Positions 46,108 to 55,673 are shown, numbered from the stretch's first letter. The stretch: DNA of 64,000 nucleotides from an uncultured Desulfovibrionaceae bacterium (GCA_942493355.1 OW818696.1:2196350-2260349), one strand, 5' to 3'. Numbers and translations: made by a program. Notes: generated by a model not told the origin, from the letters alone.

Positions 46108-46701
46108 CTACTTTCCGTCCCGTTCGTCGCCGCCCGCGTCGCCCTGCTTGTCCGCGTTCGGCTCGGCCTTTTTGCCACCCTTGGACTCAGGCTTCGGCTC
46201 GGGCTTCTTGTCGCCTTTCTTCTCGATCTTCTTGTCCACCGCCTCAAAGCGGCCCTGATCCACGGCCCTGGCCACGGCATCGAGGATGCCGTTGACGAAC
46301 CCGCGCGAGTTCTCGTCGCCGAAGCTCTTGGCCAGCTCGATGGCCTCGTTGATGGCCACCTTGAGCGGGATGTCGTGGCGGTGCAGAATCTCGTACAGGG
46401 CCAGGCGCAGGATGCCCAGCTCCACCTTGGCGATGCGGCCGATCTTCCAGTGGTCGGAATGTTTGCCGATGACCTTGTCGATGTCGTCCAGATGCTCGCA
46501 GATGCCCATGAACAGCTGGGAGGCGAAGGTCACGGCCTCCTCGCTGTCGCAGTCCATCACCGCCGGGTTGTTGGCGAAGGTGCGCCGCAGGGCGGTTTGC
46601 TCCAGCGAATAGTGCGAGTGGAAGGCCAGGCCGAAGATGACCTGGAAGGCCAGGGTGCGTCCCTGTCTGCGCGTGCCTTTGCGCTTGTCCGTTGTCGTCA
46701 C
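46108..46701 (-). CDS. nusB: transcription antitermination factor NusB with a Lys/Glu/Pro-rich C-terminal tail
   Basis: RRQGRTLAFQVIF, AKVELGILRLALYEI, INEAIELAK. No ATG is available. GTG 46701 (7 nt after AGGAG) is preferred over the track's TTG 46704. Confidence 0.9.
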   Translation of the reverse strand: MTTTDKRKGTRRQGRTLAFQVIFGLAFHSHYSLEQTALRRTFANNPAVMDCDSEEAVTFASQLFMGICEHLDDIDKVIGKHSDHWKIGRIAKVELGILRLALYEILHRHDIPLKVAINEAIELAKSFGDENSRGFVNGILDAVARAVDQGRFEAVDKKIEKKGDKKPEPKPESKGGKKAEPNADKQGDAGGDERDGK

Positions 46702-46750
46702 CAAAGAACTCCTGCGGAAGGGGCGGGCGCGCCCACCGCTTCCTGATGCG

Positions 46751-46783
46751 AAAAAAGTGCCCGCCGGGAAAGGCCCCGGCGGG
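46751..46783 (-). terminator. hairpin plus T-tract after ribH
   Basis: On the minus strand, CCCGCCGGG...CCCGGCGGG followed by CACTTTTTT. Confidence 0.5.
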
Positions 46784-46792
46784 AGAAAACTG

Positions 46793-47263
46793 CTACAGCT
46801 GGGCCACCACGCGGGCGGTCTCCAGCATGGCCATGGCGGCGTCCACGCCCTTGTTGCCGGCCTTGGAGCCAGCGCGCTCGATGGCCTGCTCGATGTTGTC
46901 CGTGGTGAGCACGCCGAAGCCCAGGGGAATGCTGAACGAAAGGCTCACCTGGGCCAGGCCCTTGGCGCACTCGTTCACCACCACGTCGAAGTGCGGGGTG
47001 GCGCCGCGGATGACCGCGCCAACGCACACGATGCCGTCGTACTTGCCGCTCTTGGCCAGCTTTTGGGCCACCAGCGGCATTTCGAAGGCGCCGGGGATCT
47101 TGACGATGGTCAGGTCCTCGCGGGAGGCGCCGTGGCGGGTCAGGGCGTCCACGGCCCCGCCGATGAGCTTGTCCACGATGAAGTCGTTGAAGCGGCTGGC
47201 CAGGATGGCAACTTTGAGGCCCTTGGCTTCCAGCTGTCCTTCAATGGTCTTGATGTGCGGCAT
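46793..47263 (-). CDS. ribH: 6,7-dimethyl-8-ribityllumazine synthase
   Basis: Start MPHIKTIEG at ATG 47263. [26 protein letters not shown]. Confidence 0.95.
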   Translation of the reverse strand: MPHIKTIEGQLEAKGLKVAILASRFNDFIVDKLIGGAVDALTRHGASREDLTIVKIPGAFEMPLVAQKLAKSGKYDGIVCVGAVIRGATPHFDVVVNECAKGLAQVSLSFSIPLGFGVLTTDNIEQAIERAGSKAGNKGVDAAMAMLETARVVAQL

Positions 47264-47326
47264 GAGTCGTCTCCTTTGTGCCAAAAGTGGCGTGGCGGAA
47301 CTGGCGTGCAAAACGTGCGGCGTGGC

Positions 47327-48544
47327 CTACTTCCTGGTTTTGCCCATGGTCAGCAGGTGGCCCATCTTGTCTTTCTTGGTTTGCAGGTAGCGCTCGTTCA
47401 CGGAGCAGGCGGTCATCTCGATGGGCACGCGCTCCACCACCTTCAGGCCGTAGCCCTCCAGCCCAACGATTTTCTTGGGGTTGTTGGTGATGAGCCGCAT
47501 CTGCGAAACGCCCAGGGAGACGAGGATCTGCGCGCCGGTGCCGTATTCGCGCAGGTCCGGCTGGAAGCCGAGCTTGGCGTTGGCCTCAACGGTGTCGTAG
47601 CCCTCGTCCTGCAGGTGGTAGGCCTTGATCTTGTTGCCCAGGCCGATGCCCCGGCCCTCCTGGCGCATGTACAAAAGCACGCCCGCGCCTTCCTTCTCGA
47701 TCATGCACATGGCCGCGCCCAGCTGGTCGCCGCAGTCGCAACGCATGGAACCGAACACATCGCCGGTGAGGCACTCGCTGTGCACGCGCACCAGCACGGG
47801 CTTGTCCGGGCTGATGTCGCCCTTGAACAGGGCGATGTGGGTGCGGTGGTCGCCCTCCGCCTGGAAGGCGGCGGTGGTGAAGTGGCCCCAGCGGGTGGGC
47901 ATGTCGGCCTCGGCCAGCTTGGTCACGGCCTTGCCGCCAAACTTCATGCGGTGCTTGATGAGCTCGGCCACGGAGCAGATTTTGAGGCCGTGCTCCTCCG
48001 CAAAGACTTCCAGGTCCGGCATGCGGGCCATCTGGCCGTCGTCGCGCATGATCTCGCAGATGACGCCAGCGGGCTTGCATCCGGCCAGCCGCGCGATGTC
48101 GACGCTGCCCTCGGTTTGCCCGGCGCGCACCAGCACGCCGCCGCTGCGCGCGCGCAGGGGGAAGATGTGGCCCGGAGTGACGATGTCGTTGGCTTTGACG
48201 CCATCGGCCACGGCGGTGAGGATGGTGTGGCTGCGGTCGAAGGCGGAGATGCCGGTGGTGACGCCTTCGCGCGCCTCGATGGACACGGTGAAGTTGGTGC
48301 CGAACTTGCTTTGGTTCGACTGGGCCATGAGCGGCAGCTCGAGCTTGTCGATCATGGCCGGCTCCATGGCCAGACAGATGAGCCCGCGGCCGAACTTGGC
48401 CATGAAATTGATGATTTCTGGGGTGGTCTTCTCCGCCGCTACAACAAGGTCGCCCTCGTTTTCGCGGTCCTCGTCGTCCACCATGATGACCATCCGGCCC
48501 TGCCGGATGTCCTCAATGGCTTCCTCAATGGTACACAATGGCAT
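47327..48544 (-). CDS. ribBA: bifunctional 3,4-dihydroxy-2-butanone-4-phosphate synthase / GTP cyclohydrolase II
   Basis: [50 protein letters not shown]. Confidence 0.95.
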   Translation of the reverse strand: MPLCTIEEAIEDIRQGRMVIMVDDEDRENEGDLVVAAEKTTPEIINFMAKFGRGLICLAMEPAMIDKLELPLMAQSNQSKFGTNFTVSIEAREGVTTGISAFDRSHTILTAVADGVKANDIVTPGHIFPLRARSGGVLVRAGQTEGSVDIARLAGCKPAGVICEIMRDDGQMARMPDLEVFAEEHGLKICSVAELIKHRMKFGGKAVTKLAEADMPTRWGHFTTAAFQAEGDHRTHIALFKGDISPDKPVLVRVHSECLTGDVFGSMRCDCGDQLGAAMCMIEKEGAGVLLYMRQEGRGIGLGNKIKAYHLQDEGYDTVEANAKLGFQPDLREYGTGAQILVSLGVSQMRLITNNPKKIVGLEGYGLKVVERVPIEMTACSVNERYLQTKKDKMGHLLTMGKTRK

Positions 48545-48974
48545 GGGGCACCTCTCAGACGCCGGGCGGTATCGCTCGCGGCGGAATTCTCAAACATCGG
48601 AACCAAGCCATTTACCCCAAAAGTGGCCGAAGGGGAAAGCCCTTTTTTGGGGGTGCAAATGCGGCGATATTCCAGCCGGATGCGCCCGGTGTGCATGCGG
48701 CTGGAAGAACGCCCGCAGCCCGTTTATGCCCCGCCTGCCTCGTTTGCCCCCCACCTGCGCACAACCCGCCACGGCCGTCCTTGACGCCAGATCCCCCCTG
48801 CGGGTATACAGCGCGCTGACCAACCCGCCCCGCGTGACTGGCGAAGCGTGGAACAAACCACGAGGAAGCGCCGGGGCGTCCACATGCCGCTCGCCTGGGC
48901 CGCGCCCGAGTTCTGCTCGGACGCGCTACCGATACCCTCCCCCCACACGCGGGAGGCCACCCTCGGAGGCGCTC

Positions 48975-50198
48975 ATGCGGCCCTTTGCCCACGCGACCAC
49001 AGCCACCACCGCCACCCTTGCCGATCTCCGGCGCGACTTCTCGCTCTCCGCCGCCGTTGCCGGGCTCATCGCCGTCATCGTCAGCTACGGCGGTCCGGCC
49101 GCCATCATCTTCCAGGCCGCGCACAAGGCCAACCTCACCCCCGGCCAGATAACCAGCTGGATCTGGGCCATCTCCATCGGCAGCGGCGTGGCGGGCATCC
49201 TGCTCAGCCTGCGCTACCGCGTGCCGGTCATCATCGCCTGGAGCACGCCCGGCGCGGCGCTCTTGGCCGCGGGCTGGGCCGCCTATCCCTACCCGGAGGC
49301 CATCGGCGCGTTCCTCTTCGCGGGCATCGGCATCACCATCTTTGGGGCCACGGGCCTGTTTTCCGCGCTCATGGAACGCATCCCCCGCGCCGTGGTGGCC
49401 GCCATGCTGGCGGGCATCCTGTTCCGCTTCGGCGTGGAGGTATTCACCTCGCTCACGGCCTCGCCGCTGCTTGTGGCGCCCATGCTGGGCTGCTACCTGC
49501 TTATGAAGCGCCTGAAGCCGCGCTACGCCATTCTGGCCACCCTCTGCGTGGGCCTGGCCGGGGCCGGTGTGCTGAACCTGCTGCGCCTGGACGCCCTGCA
49601 CGCCGCCTTCGGGGCCGCCCTGGCCGTGCCGGAACTCACCGCGCCGCAGTTCAGCCTGGGCGCGCTCATCGGCATCGGCGTGCCGCTGTTTCTCGTCACC
49701 ATGACCGGGCAGAACGCCACGGGCCTGGGCGTGCTGCGCACCGCCGGGTACAACACCCCGGGCGGACCGCTGGTGGCGGCCACGGGCGCGCTCTCCACGC
49801 TGCTCGCCCCCTTCGGCTCCCACGGCATCAACCTCGCAGCCATCACCGCCGCCATCTGCACCGGGCCGGAGGCCCACGGCGACCCGGACCGGCGCTATGT
49901 GGCCGGGGTGGTCTGCGGGCTGGCGTATCTGGTGGTCGGGCTCTTCGGGGCCACGTTGGTGGGCGTGTTCGCCGCGCTGCCGCCCGCGCTCATCGCCGCC
50001 ATCTCCGGCTTGGCGCTGTTCGGCGCGCTGATGAGCGGCCTTTCGCAGGCCATGGACGATGAGCCCAGGCGGGAGGCCGCGCTGGTCACCTTCCTGGTCA
50101 CCGTGTCCGGGCTGTCGGTGTTCGGCATCGGCGCGGCCTTCTGGGGGCTGGTGGCCGGGGTCGCCACCGATGCCGCCCTGCTGGCGCGCAGGAAGTGA
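48975..50198 (+). CDS. benE: BenE-family (benzoate:H+ symporter-like) membrane transporter
   Basis: ATG 48975 preceded by GGAGG. About 12 TM helices and BenE-like segments ([38 protein letters not shown]). The 5' 450 codons of track ORF 47625-50198 are antisense to ribBA. Confidence 0.85.
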   Translation: MRPFAHATTATTATLADLRRDFSLSAAVAGLIAVIVSYGGPAAIIFQAAHKANLTPGQITSWIWAISIGSGVAGILLSLRYRVPVIIAWSTPGAALLAAGWAAYPYPEAIGAFLFAGIGITIFGATGLFSALMERIPRAVVAAMLAGILFRFGVEVFTSLTASPLLVAPMLGCYLLMKRLKPRYAILATLCVGLAGAGVLNLLRLDALHAAFGAALAVPELTAPQFSLGALIGIGVPLFLVTMTGQNATGLGVLRTAGYNTPGGPLVAATGALSTLLAPFGSHGINLAAITAAICTGPEAHGDPDRRYVAGVVCGLAYLVVGLFGATLVGVFAALPPALIAAISGLALFGALMSGLSQAMDDEPRREAALVTFLVTVSGLSVFGIGAAFWGLVAGVATDAALLARRK

Positions 50199-50312
50199 TG
50201 ACGTAAGCATAAATTGGGGAAAGCAAGGGCGGACGCCAACGCTGCTGATGTTTTTGCCTCCCCCGTTGTGCCATCCCCCACTAAACGTTTTTGAGGGGGG
50301 TGAGGGGGGCCT

Positions 50313-50360
50313 GGGGGGAGCGGGGGGAACTTTTTTCAAAAAGTTCCCCCCGCTCCCCCC
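50313..50360. terminator. perfect 48-nt palindrome acting as a bidirectional terminator between convergent genes
   Basis: GGGGGGAGCGGGGGGAACTTTTTT / CAAAAAGTTCCCCCCGCTCCCCCC. A/T runs at the centre and GC-rich arms. Confidence 0.6.
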
Positions 50361-50374
50361 GGCTTCTTCCACGC

Positions 50375-50620
50375 CTAGTAGGGCATGCTCTTGGCGTCGG
50401 CCGGGGCGATTTCTTCCCAGTCGGCCACGGGCGCAAGCTCCTGGGGCACAAACTCCCAGCGTTCGCCCTCGCGCAGGGCGTATTCCGGGTTGTCGTCGTG
50501 CACCAGGCGGTCCAGGGCGGCTGCGGCTTCGGCCAGATCTTCGCTGGGCAGCCCCATGATGGTCTCGGGGTGGCGGGTGCCGTCTGGCATGACGCGGTAA
50601 ACGAGGTAGAGCGAGCGCAT
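50375..50620 (-). CDS. small acidic protein (81 aa), unknown function
   Basis: ATG 50620. Host-like codons (MRSLYLVYRVMPDGTRHPETIMGLPSEDL...). No family recognised. Confidence 0.5.
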   Translation of the reverse strand: MRSLYLVYRVMPDGTRHPETIMGLPSEDLAEAAAALDRLVHDDNPEYALREGERWEFVPQELAPVADWEEIAPADAKSMPY

Positions 50621-50791
50621 TGCGTGCCTCCGGTGGCTGGTTTGGTGGGCATCCTAATCGCGCGCGGGCCTGGCGTAAAGCCCTGGCCTTGACGCGTTGG
50701 GAACCTGACCCTAGATTGCATGCTGTTGTCGAGTGCACTTCCCTTCGTATGACACCCTGGGCAGCGCTTTCCCCCCAACGCCGGAGCCTCC

Positions 50792-51925
50792 ATGCGTTTT
50801 TACGTCATCTTCACGCTCATCTTCATGCTCATGCTTTTTGTGGTGCTGCTGCAAGTGCGCCGCCAGGCGGGCCTGGGGCGGCGGGCCTTCGGGCTCACGC
50901 TGCTGGCCGGGCTTGGCGTCAGCGCCTTTCTGGCCTCCACGCGGCTTATGCCCGAGAGCTGGAGCATGGTGCTGGCGCGACCCGCCTGGTGGCTGGGCTA
51001 CGGCACCTTCGGCCTGGTGGCCTACCTGTTCTTGTATCAGGTCATCACCTTCTGCGCGGAGATGGCGGCCCGGCTGCTGCTCTCGCGTGTTTGCCCGAAC
51101 CTGGCGCCGCGCCTGCGCTCGCCGCGCGCGCTGCTGGCCGTTTCCGGGCTGGCGTTCATCACCGTGGCCTGGGGCATCCATGCTGGGGGCGATGTGCGCG
51201 AACTGCGCCACGAGATAGCCACGCCCAAGGTGAGCGCCCCGGTGCGCGTGGTGGTGGTGAGCGACCTGCACCTGGGCGCGCTGAGCTTGGCCTCCCGCGT
51301 GGAGGCCTTGGCGCAGCAGGTGCGCGACCAGCGGCCGGATATTTTGCTTTTGGCGGGGGATATCGTCAACGACCACCCCGAGGCGCTGGAGCCGTATGCG
51401 CGGCTTTTGGCGGGCATTGAGCCCCGCCTGGGCAGCTTTGGCGTGTTCGGCAACCACGAGCGCTACGAGGGCGACGGGCGCAGCGCCAGGGTGTTCCGCT
51501 GGGCCGGGTCGCGGCTGCTGCGGGGCGAGGTGGTGACCCTGCCCGAGGCCGGGGTGCAGATTTTGGGCATCGATGATCCGGGCCGGGCCGGGGACGTGAC
51601 GGCGGCCATCAGCCAGGAAGTGAATGAGCTTGCGCCGCAGCTTGATCCGGCCATGTTCCGCATTTTGATGAACCACCGGCCCGTGGCCTGGCGCGAGGCG
51701 GTGAAGCCCCTGGGCATCGAGCTGACGGTTTCCGGCCACACGCACCGCGGGCAGCTGTTCCCGTTCTACCTTGTGGTGCGCCTGACCACGGAGTTCATGG
51801 GCGGGTTTTACGAGGAGGACGGGCTGACCCTGGCCGTGAGCGGCGGGGCGGGCTTCTGGGGGCCGCCCATGCGCGTGCTGGCTCCGGCGGACATCCTGGT
51901 GCTGGATATTGTGCCCGCGAGGTAG
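50792..51925 (+). CDS. membrane-anchored metallophosphoesterase (YkuE-like)
   Basis: Four N-terminal TM helices, then VVVVSDLHLG, LLAGDIV, GNHE, SGHTHRGQ. Confidence 0.85.
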   Translation: MRFYVIFTLIFMLMLFVVLLQVRRQAGLGRRAFGLTLLAGLGVSAFLASTRLMPESWSMVLARPAWWLGYGTFGLVAYLFLYQVITFCAEMAARLLLSRVCPNLAPRLRSPRALLAVSGLAFITVAWGIHAGGDVRELRHEIATPKVSAPVRVVVVSDLHLGALSLASRVEALAQQVRDQRPDILLLAGDIVNDHPEALEPYARLLAGIEPRLGSFGVFGNHERYEGDGRSARVFRWAGSRLLRGEVVTLPEAGVQILGIDDPGRAGDVTAAISQEVNELAPQLDPAMFRILMNHRPVAWREAVKPLGIELTVSGHTHRGQLFPFYLVVRLTTEFMGGFYEEDGLTLAVSGGAGFWGPPMRVLAPADILVLDIVPAR

Positions 51926-51952
51926 TGCCCGCAAGGTAGTGCCCGCAAGGTC
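51911..51952. repeat. 3 x 14-bp tandem repeat covering the stop codon of the metallophosphoesterase gene
   Basis: GTGCCCGCGAGGTA / GTGCCCGCAAGGTA / GTGCCCGCAAGGTC. The first copy supplies codons V-P-A-R and part of the TAG stop. Confidence 0.85.
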
Positions 51953-52012
51953 GCGGCGCGCACATGGCTGTGGACCGCGCCGTGGTTCTCGGCTAGGGTC
52001 CGGCCACTGAGA

Positions 52013-53470
52013 ATGTCCCCCAAGGGAGCGCCCGTGGAAAGACTTATGCCCCGCAGGCTGGGCATCACCGCAAAGCTGCTCATCTGGTGCATGGTGCTGG
52101 TCGCCATCTTCTACGCCACCACCACGGTGCTCTTGTTGCGCATCCAAAACCTGGTGGAATCCTCCAGCGCCATCGTCAACACCAATTACGACATCGACAA
52201 GTCCGCCCAGCGCATGATCCAGCAGCTGCTCTCCCTGGAGGAGAACCGCAAGCGCTTTGAGATATTGCAGAAAGACGTGTACATGGAGAGCTTTCTGACC
52301 GACTTGCAGGACTTTGGCAAAACGCTGACCAGCGTGCTGGAGCGCCACCCGGACTACCGCGAGCCCTGGGCCGAGCTGACCAAGGAGTACACCATCGTGC
52401 TCTCGCGCAGCACGAACCCGGAGACCAAGTCCTTGCCGGACAGGACCATTACCCGCTGGCTGGATATCTTGTCCGACACGCGGCAGGCCAACCAGGAGGA
52501 CATGGAGGCCAGGCTGCACGAGCTGGCCGAGCGCAGCAGGCAGGCCGAGCGCCTGGGCTTCATGGGGCTCATCGCCAGCATCACCCTGGGGGTGCTGGGC
52601 AGCGTGTTCATCGCCTACCGCCTGAACCGCTCGCTCTCGGAGATCCGCCGGGGCATCCGCGAGCTGGGCCGGGGCGAGCCCTCGGCCCCGGTGCGCGTCA
52701 TGAGCACCGACGAGCTGGGCGAACTGGCCCAGGCCTTCAACAGCATGGCCCAGCGCCTGAAGGAAGAGGAGCGCATGCGCCAGGACTTCATCGCCATGCT
52801 CTCCCACGAAATCCGCACCCCGCTGACGAGCATCCGCGAGAGCGTGGACCTTGTGGCCGACGGTGTTTTTGGTGAGGTGAACGAGAAGCAGCGCCAGTTC
52901 CTCGACATCTCGCGCCAGGAGGCCCTGCGGCTGACACACCTTTTGGAGCGGCTGATGCAGGTGTCGAGCCTGGAGTCGCAGCGGCTGCGCCTTTCCACAA
53001 AGCCGCTGGACGCCAGCGCCCTGGCCCGCGCCGCGGTGGACCGCCTGATGCCCACGGCCATGGCCAAGAACATCGCGCTTAAAACAGAGCTGCCCGAAGG
53101 CTTTGTTTTTGTGGAGGCCGACCAGGAACACGTGAGCCAGGTGCTGGTCAACCTGCTGGGCAACGCCATCAAATTTTCCCCGCCGGAGTCGGTGGTCCGC
53201 GTGAGCGTGACCCCGGAGCCAACGGGCGACTCGGTGATCTTTTGCGTGGTGGACGAGGGCCCTGGCATCGCCCCGGAGGAGCACGAGCGCATCTTCCTCA
53301 AGTATTACCGGGAGGCCTCCGTTCGGGGCAGCGTGGACGGCCTGGGGCTGGGGCTCTCCATCGCCAAGGGCATAGTGGAGGCCCACGGCGGCACCCTGTG
53401 GCTGAACAGCGCGCCCGGCTGCGGGGCCAGCTTCTGCTTTTCCCTTCCCAAGCCAAGGGCGATGGTATAG
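52013..53470 (+). CDS. sensor histidine kinase (2 TM, periplasmic domain, HAMP, HisKA, HATPase_c)
   Basis: H-box FIAMLSHEIRTPLTSI, N-box LVNLLGNAIKFS, DEGPGI, GLGLSIAKGIVEAHGG. Start ambiguous (ATG 52013, GTG 52034, ATG 52046). Confidence 0.9.
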   Translation: MSPKGAPVERLMPRRLGITAKLLIWCMVLVAIFYATTTVLLLRIQNLVESSSAIVNTNYDIDKSAQRMIQQLLSLEENRKRFEILQKDVYMESFLTDLQDFGKTLTSVLERHPDYREPWAELTKEYTIVLSRSTNPETKSLPDRTITRWLDILSDTRQANQEDMEARLHELAERSRQAERLGFMGLIASITLGVLGSVFIAYRLNRSLSEIRRGIRELGRGEPSAPVRVMSTDELGELAQAFNSMAQRLKEEERMRQDFIAMLSHEIRTPLTSIRESVDLVADGVFGEVNEKQRQFLDISRQEALRLTHLLERLMQVSSLESQRLRLSTKPLDASALARAAVDRLMPTAMAKNIALKTELPEGFVFVEADQEHVSQVLVNLLGNAIKFSPPESVVRVSVTPEPTGDSVIFCVVDEGPGIAPEEHERIFLKYYREASVRGSVDGLGLGLSIAKGIVEAHGGTLWLNSAPGCGASFCFSLPKPRAMV

Positions 53471-53473
53471 AAA

Positions 53474-54112
53474 ATGGTCATGTCGAAACGTTTTCCCCGC
53501 ACCCTTTGTGCGATGCTGCGCGCGCGCGCCTTGTCCGCTGTGCTCATTCTGGCGCTTGGCGCCCTTTCCGGCTGCGCCACATTCGGGCCGGGGGGGGGCT
53601 TTTCCTCCACGGGCGAGTTGCAAAGCGCCTACCTGCTGGCCGTTGATTCCTACTTGGCCGGGCAGTACGAGAAGTCCGCCAGCATTTTTCAGCGGCTTTC
53701 CGGCACCACGGCCGACCCTGTGCTCGCGCGCAAGGCGTACTTCGGCCTGGCCTGCGCCAAGCTGGCCGTGGCCAGCACCCCGGAAGACCTGCACGAGGGC
53801 CTGACCCTTTGGAACACCTGGGTGCAGATGACCCCCGAGGGCCTGCCCGCCGAGGATCCGCGCCTGATCACCCCGCTTTTGCCCCGCCTGTCCCCGGCGC
53901 ATATACCCAACAGCCCGGCCATCCTCACCGAGGGCGAGATTGACCGCGAGCTGAAGCGCAGCAAGCGCCTTGCCGGCTGCCAGGACGACACGGACAAGCT
54001 GCGGGAGATGCTGCGCAAAAAGACCGCCGAGGCGGAAGGCCTGCGCAGCCAGCTCAACGCCCTGGAGCGTTTGCACCAGGAAATCAGCCACAAGAAGAAG
54101 GGTTTGGAGTAG
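53474..54112 (+). CDS. lipoprotein with TPR-like region and C-terminal coiled coil
   Basis: Lipobox LGALSGC. 212 aa. Starts 4 nt after the kinase stop and ends 10 nt before the EBP start. Confidence 0.65.
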   Translation: MVMSKRFPRTLCAMLRARALSAVLILALGALSGCATFGPGGGFSSTGELQSAYLLAVDSYLAGQYEKSASIFQRLSGTTADPVLARKAYFGLACAKLAVASTPEDLHEGLTLWNTWVQMTPEGLPAEDPRLITPLLPRLSPAHIPNSPAILTEGEIDRELKRSKRLAGCQDDTDKLREMLRKKTAEAEGLRSQLNALERLHQEISHKKKGLE

Positions 54113-54122
54113 CCACCAGCAC

Positions 54123-55643
54123 ATGGAAAGCCCCAAGCACAATGCCTCCCCCCCTGCTTCCCAGGGCACTGGCGCCACCATCCTGGTGGTGGACGACGAC
54201 AAGAACATCCTGCAGGTGCTGGAGGCGCGGCTTTCCAGCGCCAAGTACCGCACCCTCACGGCCAGGAGCGCCGAGGAAGGCGTGGAGCTTTTGGCCCAGC
54301 AGCCCGTGGACCTCGTCGTCTCCGACGTGAAGATGCCCGGCATGGGCGGGGTGGGCCTGCTGAAGGAAGTGTTGGAGCAATGGCCGCAGATCCCGGTGAT
54401 CCTGCTCACGGCCTATGGCAACATCCCGGACGCGGTGTCCACCATACGCTCCGGCGCGGCGGACTACCTCACCAAGCCTTTCGACGGCCACCAGCTGCTC
54501 CAGAAGATCGAGACCCTGCTTGGCCGTGGCGCCAAGGAGCGGGCGCACAAGCCCGCCAAGGGCAAGGCCGTCAGCGATGTGCTGTGGGGCGGTAAAAGCC
54601 CTGCCATGCGCGATTTTTACGCCATTTTGGAGCGCGTGGCCCACACGGACGCCGGGGTGCTCATCCTGGGCGAGAGCGGCACGGGCAAGGAGATGGTGGC
54701 CCGGCTGCTGCACGACCAGAGCGCGCGCGCCAAGGGGCCCTTTGTCATTGTCGACTGCGGCTCCACCCAGCCCACCCTGCTGGAGAGCGAACTTTTCGGC
54801 CACGTGAAGGGTTCCTTCACCCACGCCGTGCGCGATAAGAAGGGGCTGATGGAGGAGGCCGACGGCGGGACCCTGTTCCTCGACGAGATCGGCAACATCT
54901 CCCCGGAGATGCAGACCAGACTTCTGCGCTTCCTGCAGGAGCGCACCATCCGCCGCGTGGGCGACACCCGCGCCATCCCGCTGCACTGCCGGGTCATCGC
55001 CGCCACCAACGCCGATCTTTCCGCCCTGGTCAAAAAGGGCGAGTTCCGCGAGGACCTGTACTTCCGCCTCAAGGTGGTGACCCTCAAGGTGCCGCCCCTG
55101 CGCGAGCGCAAGGAGGACATCCCGCTTCTTGTGGAGCGCTTCCTGGAGATCTTCTGCGCGGAGCAGGGCCGCCCGCCCATCACCGCCTCGCCGGAGACCA
55201 TGCAGCTGCTGATGTCCCACAACTGGCCGGGCAACGTGCGCGAGCTGAAGCACGCCCTGGAGGGTGGGGTGGTGTTCTGCTCCGGCACGGTGCTGCGCCC
55301 CCGCGACATCCAGCTCGACCAGCTGCACGCCGCGCCGGAGAGTGCGCCTGCTCCCGCCAGCTTGCCCACCGCTGCGGAGGCGGCCCCCGCCCCGCTGACC
55401 AATGGCAGTGGCCACGGCAATGGCCAGGCCAATGGGCCTGGCAACGCTCAGGCCAACGGCGGCCCGTCCGCCGATTCGCTGTCGCTGGAGGACAACGAGC
55501 ACCAGGCCATCCTGCGCGCCCTGGAGCGCACGGCCTGGGTCAAAAAGGCCGCCGCCGACCTGCTGGGCATCAGCCGCCGCGCCATCCACTACAAAATCAA
55601 GAAATACAACATCCACGTGCCAGGCAAAGACCAGGACGAATAG
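54123..55643 (+). CDS. sigma-54-dependent response regulator (NtrC family) with variant GSFTHA loop
   Basis: REC (ILVVDDD...VVSDVKMPGMGG), AAA+ (GESGTGKE, GSFTHA in place of GAFTGA, LFLDEIGN, RVIAATN), Fis HTH (AAADLLGISRRAIHYKI). ATG 54123. Confidence 0.93.
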   Translation: MESPKHNASPPASQGTGATILVVDDDKNILQVLEARLSSAKYRTLTARSAEEGVELLAQQPVDLVVSDVKMPGMGGVGLLKEVLEQWPQIPVILLTAYGNIPDAVSTIRSGAADYLTKPFDGHQLLQKIETLLGRGAKERAHKPAKGKAVSDVLWGGKSPAMRDFYAILERVAHTDAGVLILGESGTGKEMVARLLHDQSARAKGPFVIVDCGSTQPTLLESELFGHVKGSFTHAVRDKKGLMEEADGGTLFLDEIGNISPEMQTRLLRFLQERTIRRVGDTRAIPLHCRVIAATNADLSALVKKGEFREDLYFRLKVVTLKVPPLRERKEDIPLLVERFLEIFCAEQGRPPITASPETMQLLMSHNWPGNVRELKHALEGGVVFCSGTVLRPRDIQLDQLHAAPESAPAPASLPTAAEAAPAPLTNGSGHGNGQANGPGNAQANGGPSADSLSLEDNEHQAILRALERTAWVKKAAADLLGISRRAIHYKIKKYNIHVPGKDQDE

Positions 55644-55673
55644 CCTCCGCAACTGCTCCCGCCCCAACCCCAT

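Noticed and set aside
48545-48800. FMN (RFN) riboswitch expected upstream of ribBA
   Set aside because: The conserved blocks ACCGGCGGT, GGGTGAAATTCCC, CCGACAGT and AGTCCGGATGG are not present on the ribBA strand, and only loose fragments are seen. This needs cmsearch for a definitive answer.
47625-48974. 5' 450 codons of track ORF 47625-50198
   Set aside because: This part is antisense to ribBA and has Ser/Pro/Arg-rich composition. The real BenE-like gene starts at ATG 48975, which has a GGAGG RBS.
50711-54409. 1232-aa minus-strand ORF (the longest in the window)
   Set aside because: It is antisense to the metallophosphoesterase, histidine kinase, lipoprotein and EBP genes, all with clear motifs. 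Its product is low-complexity G/A/R/Q/H sequence.
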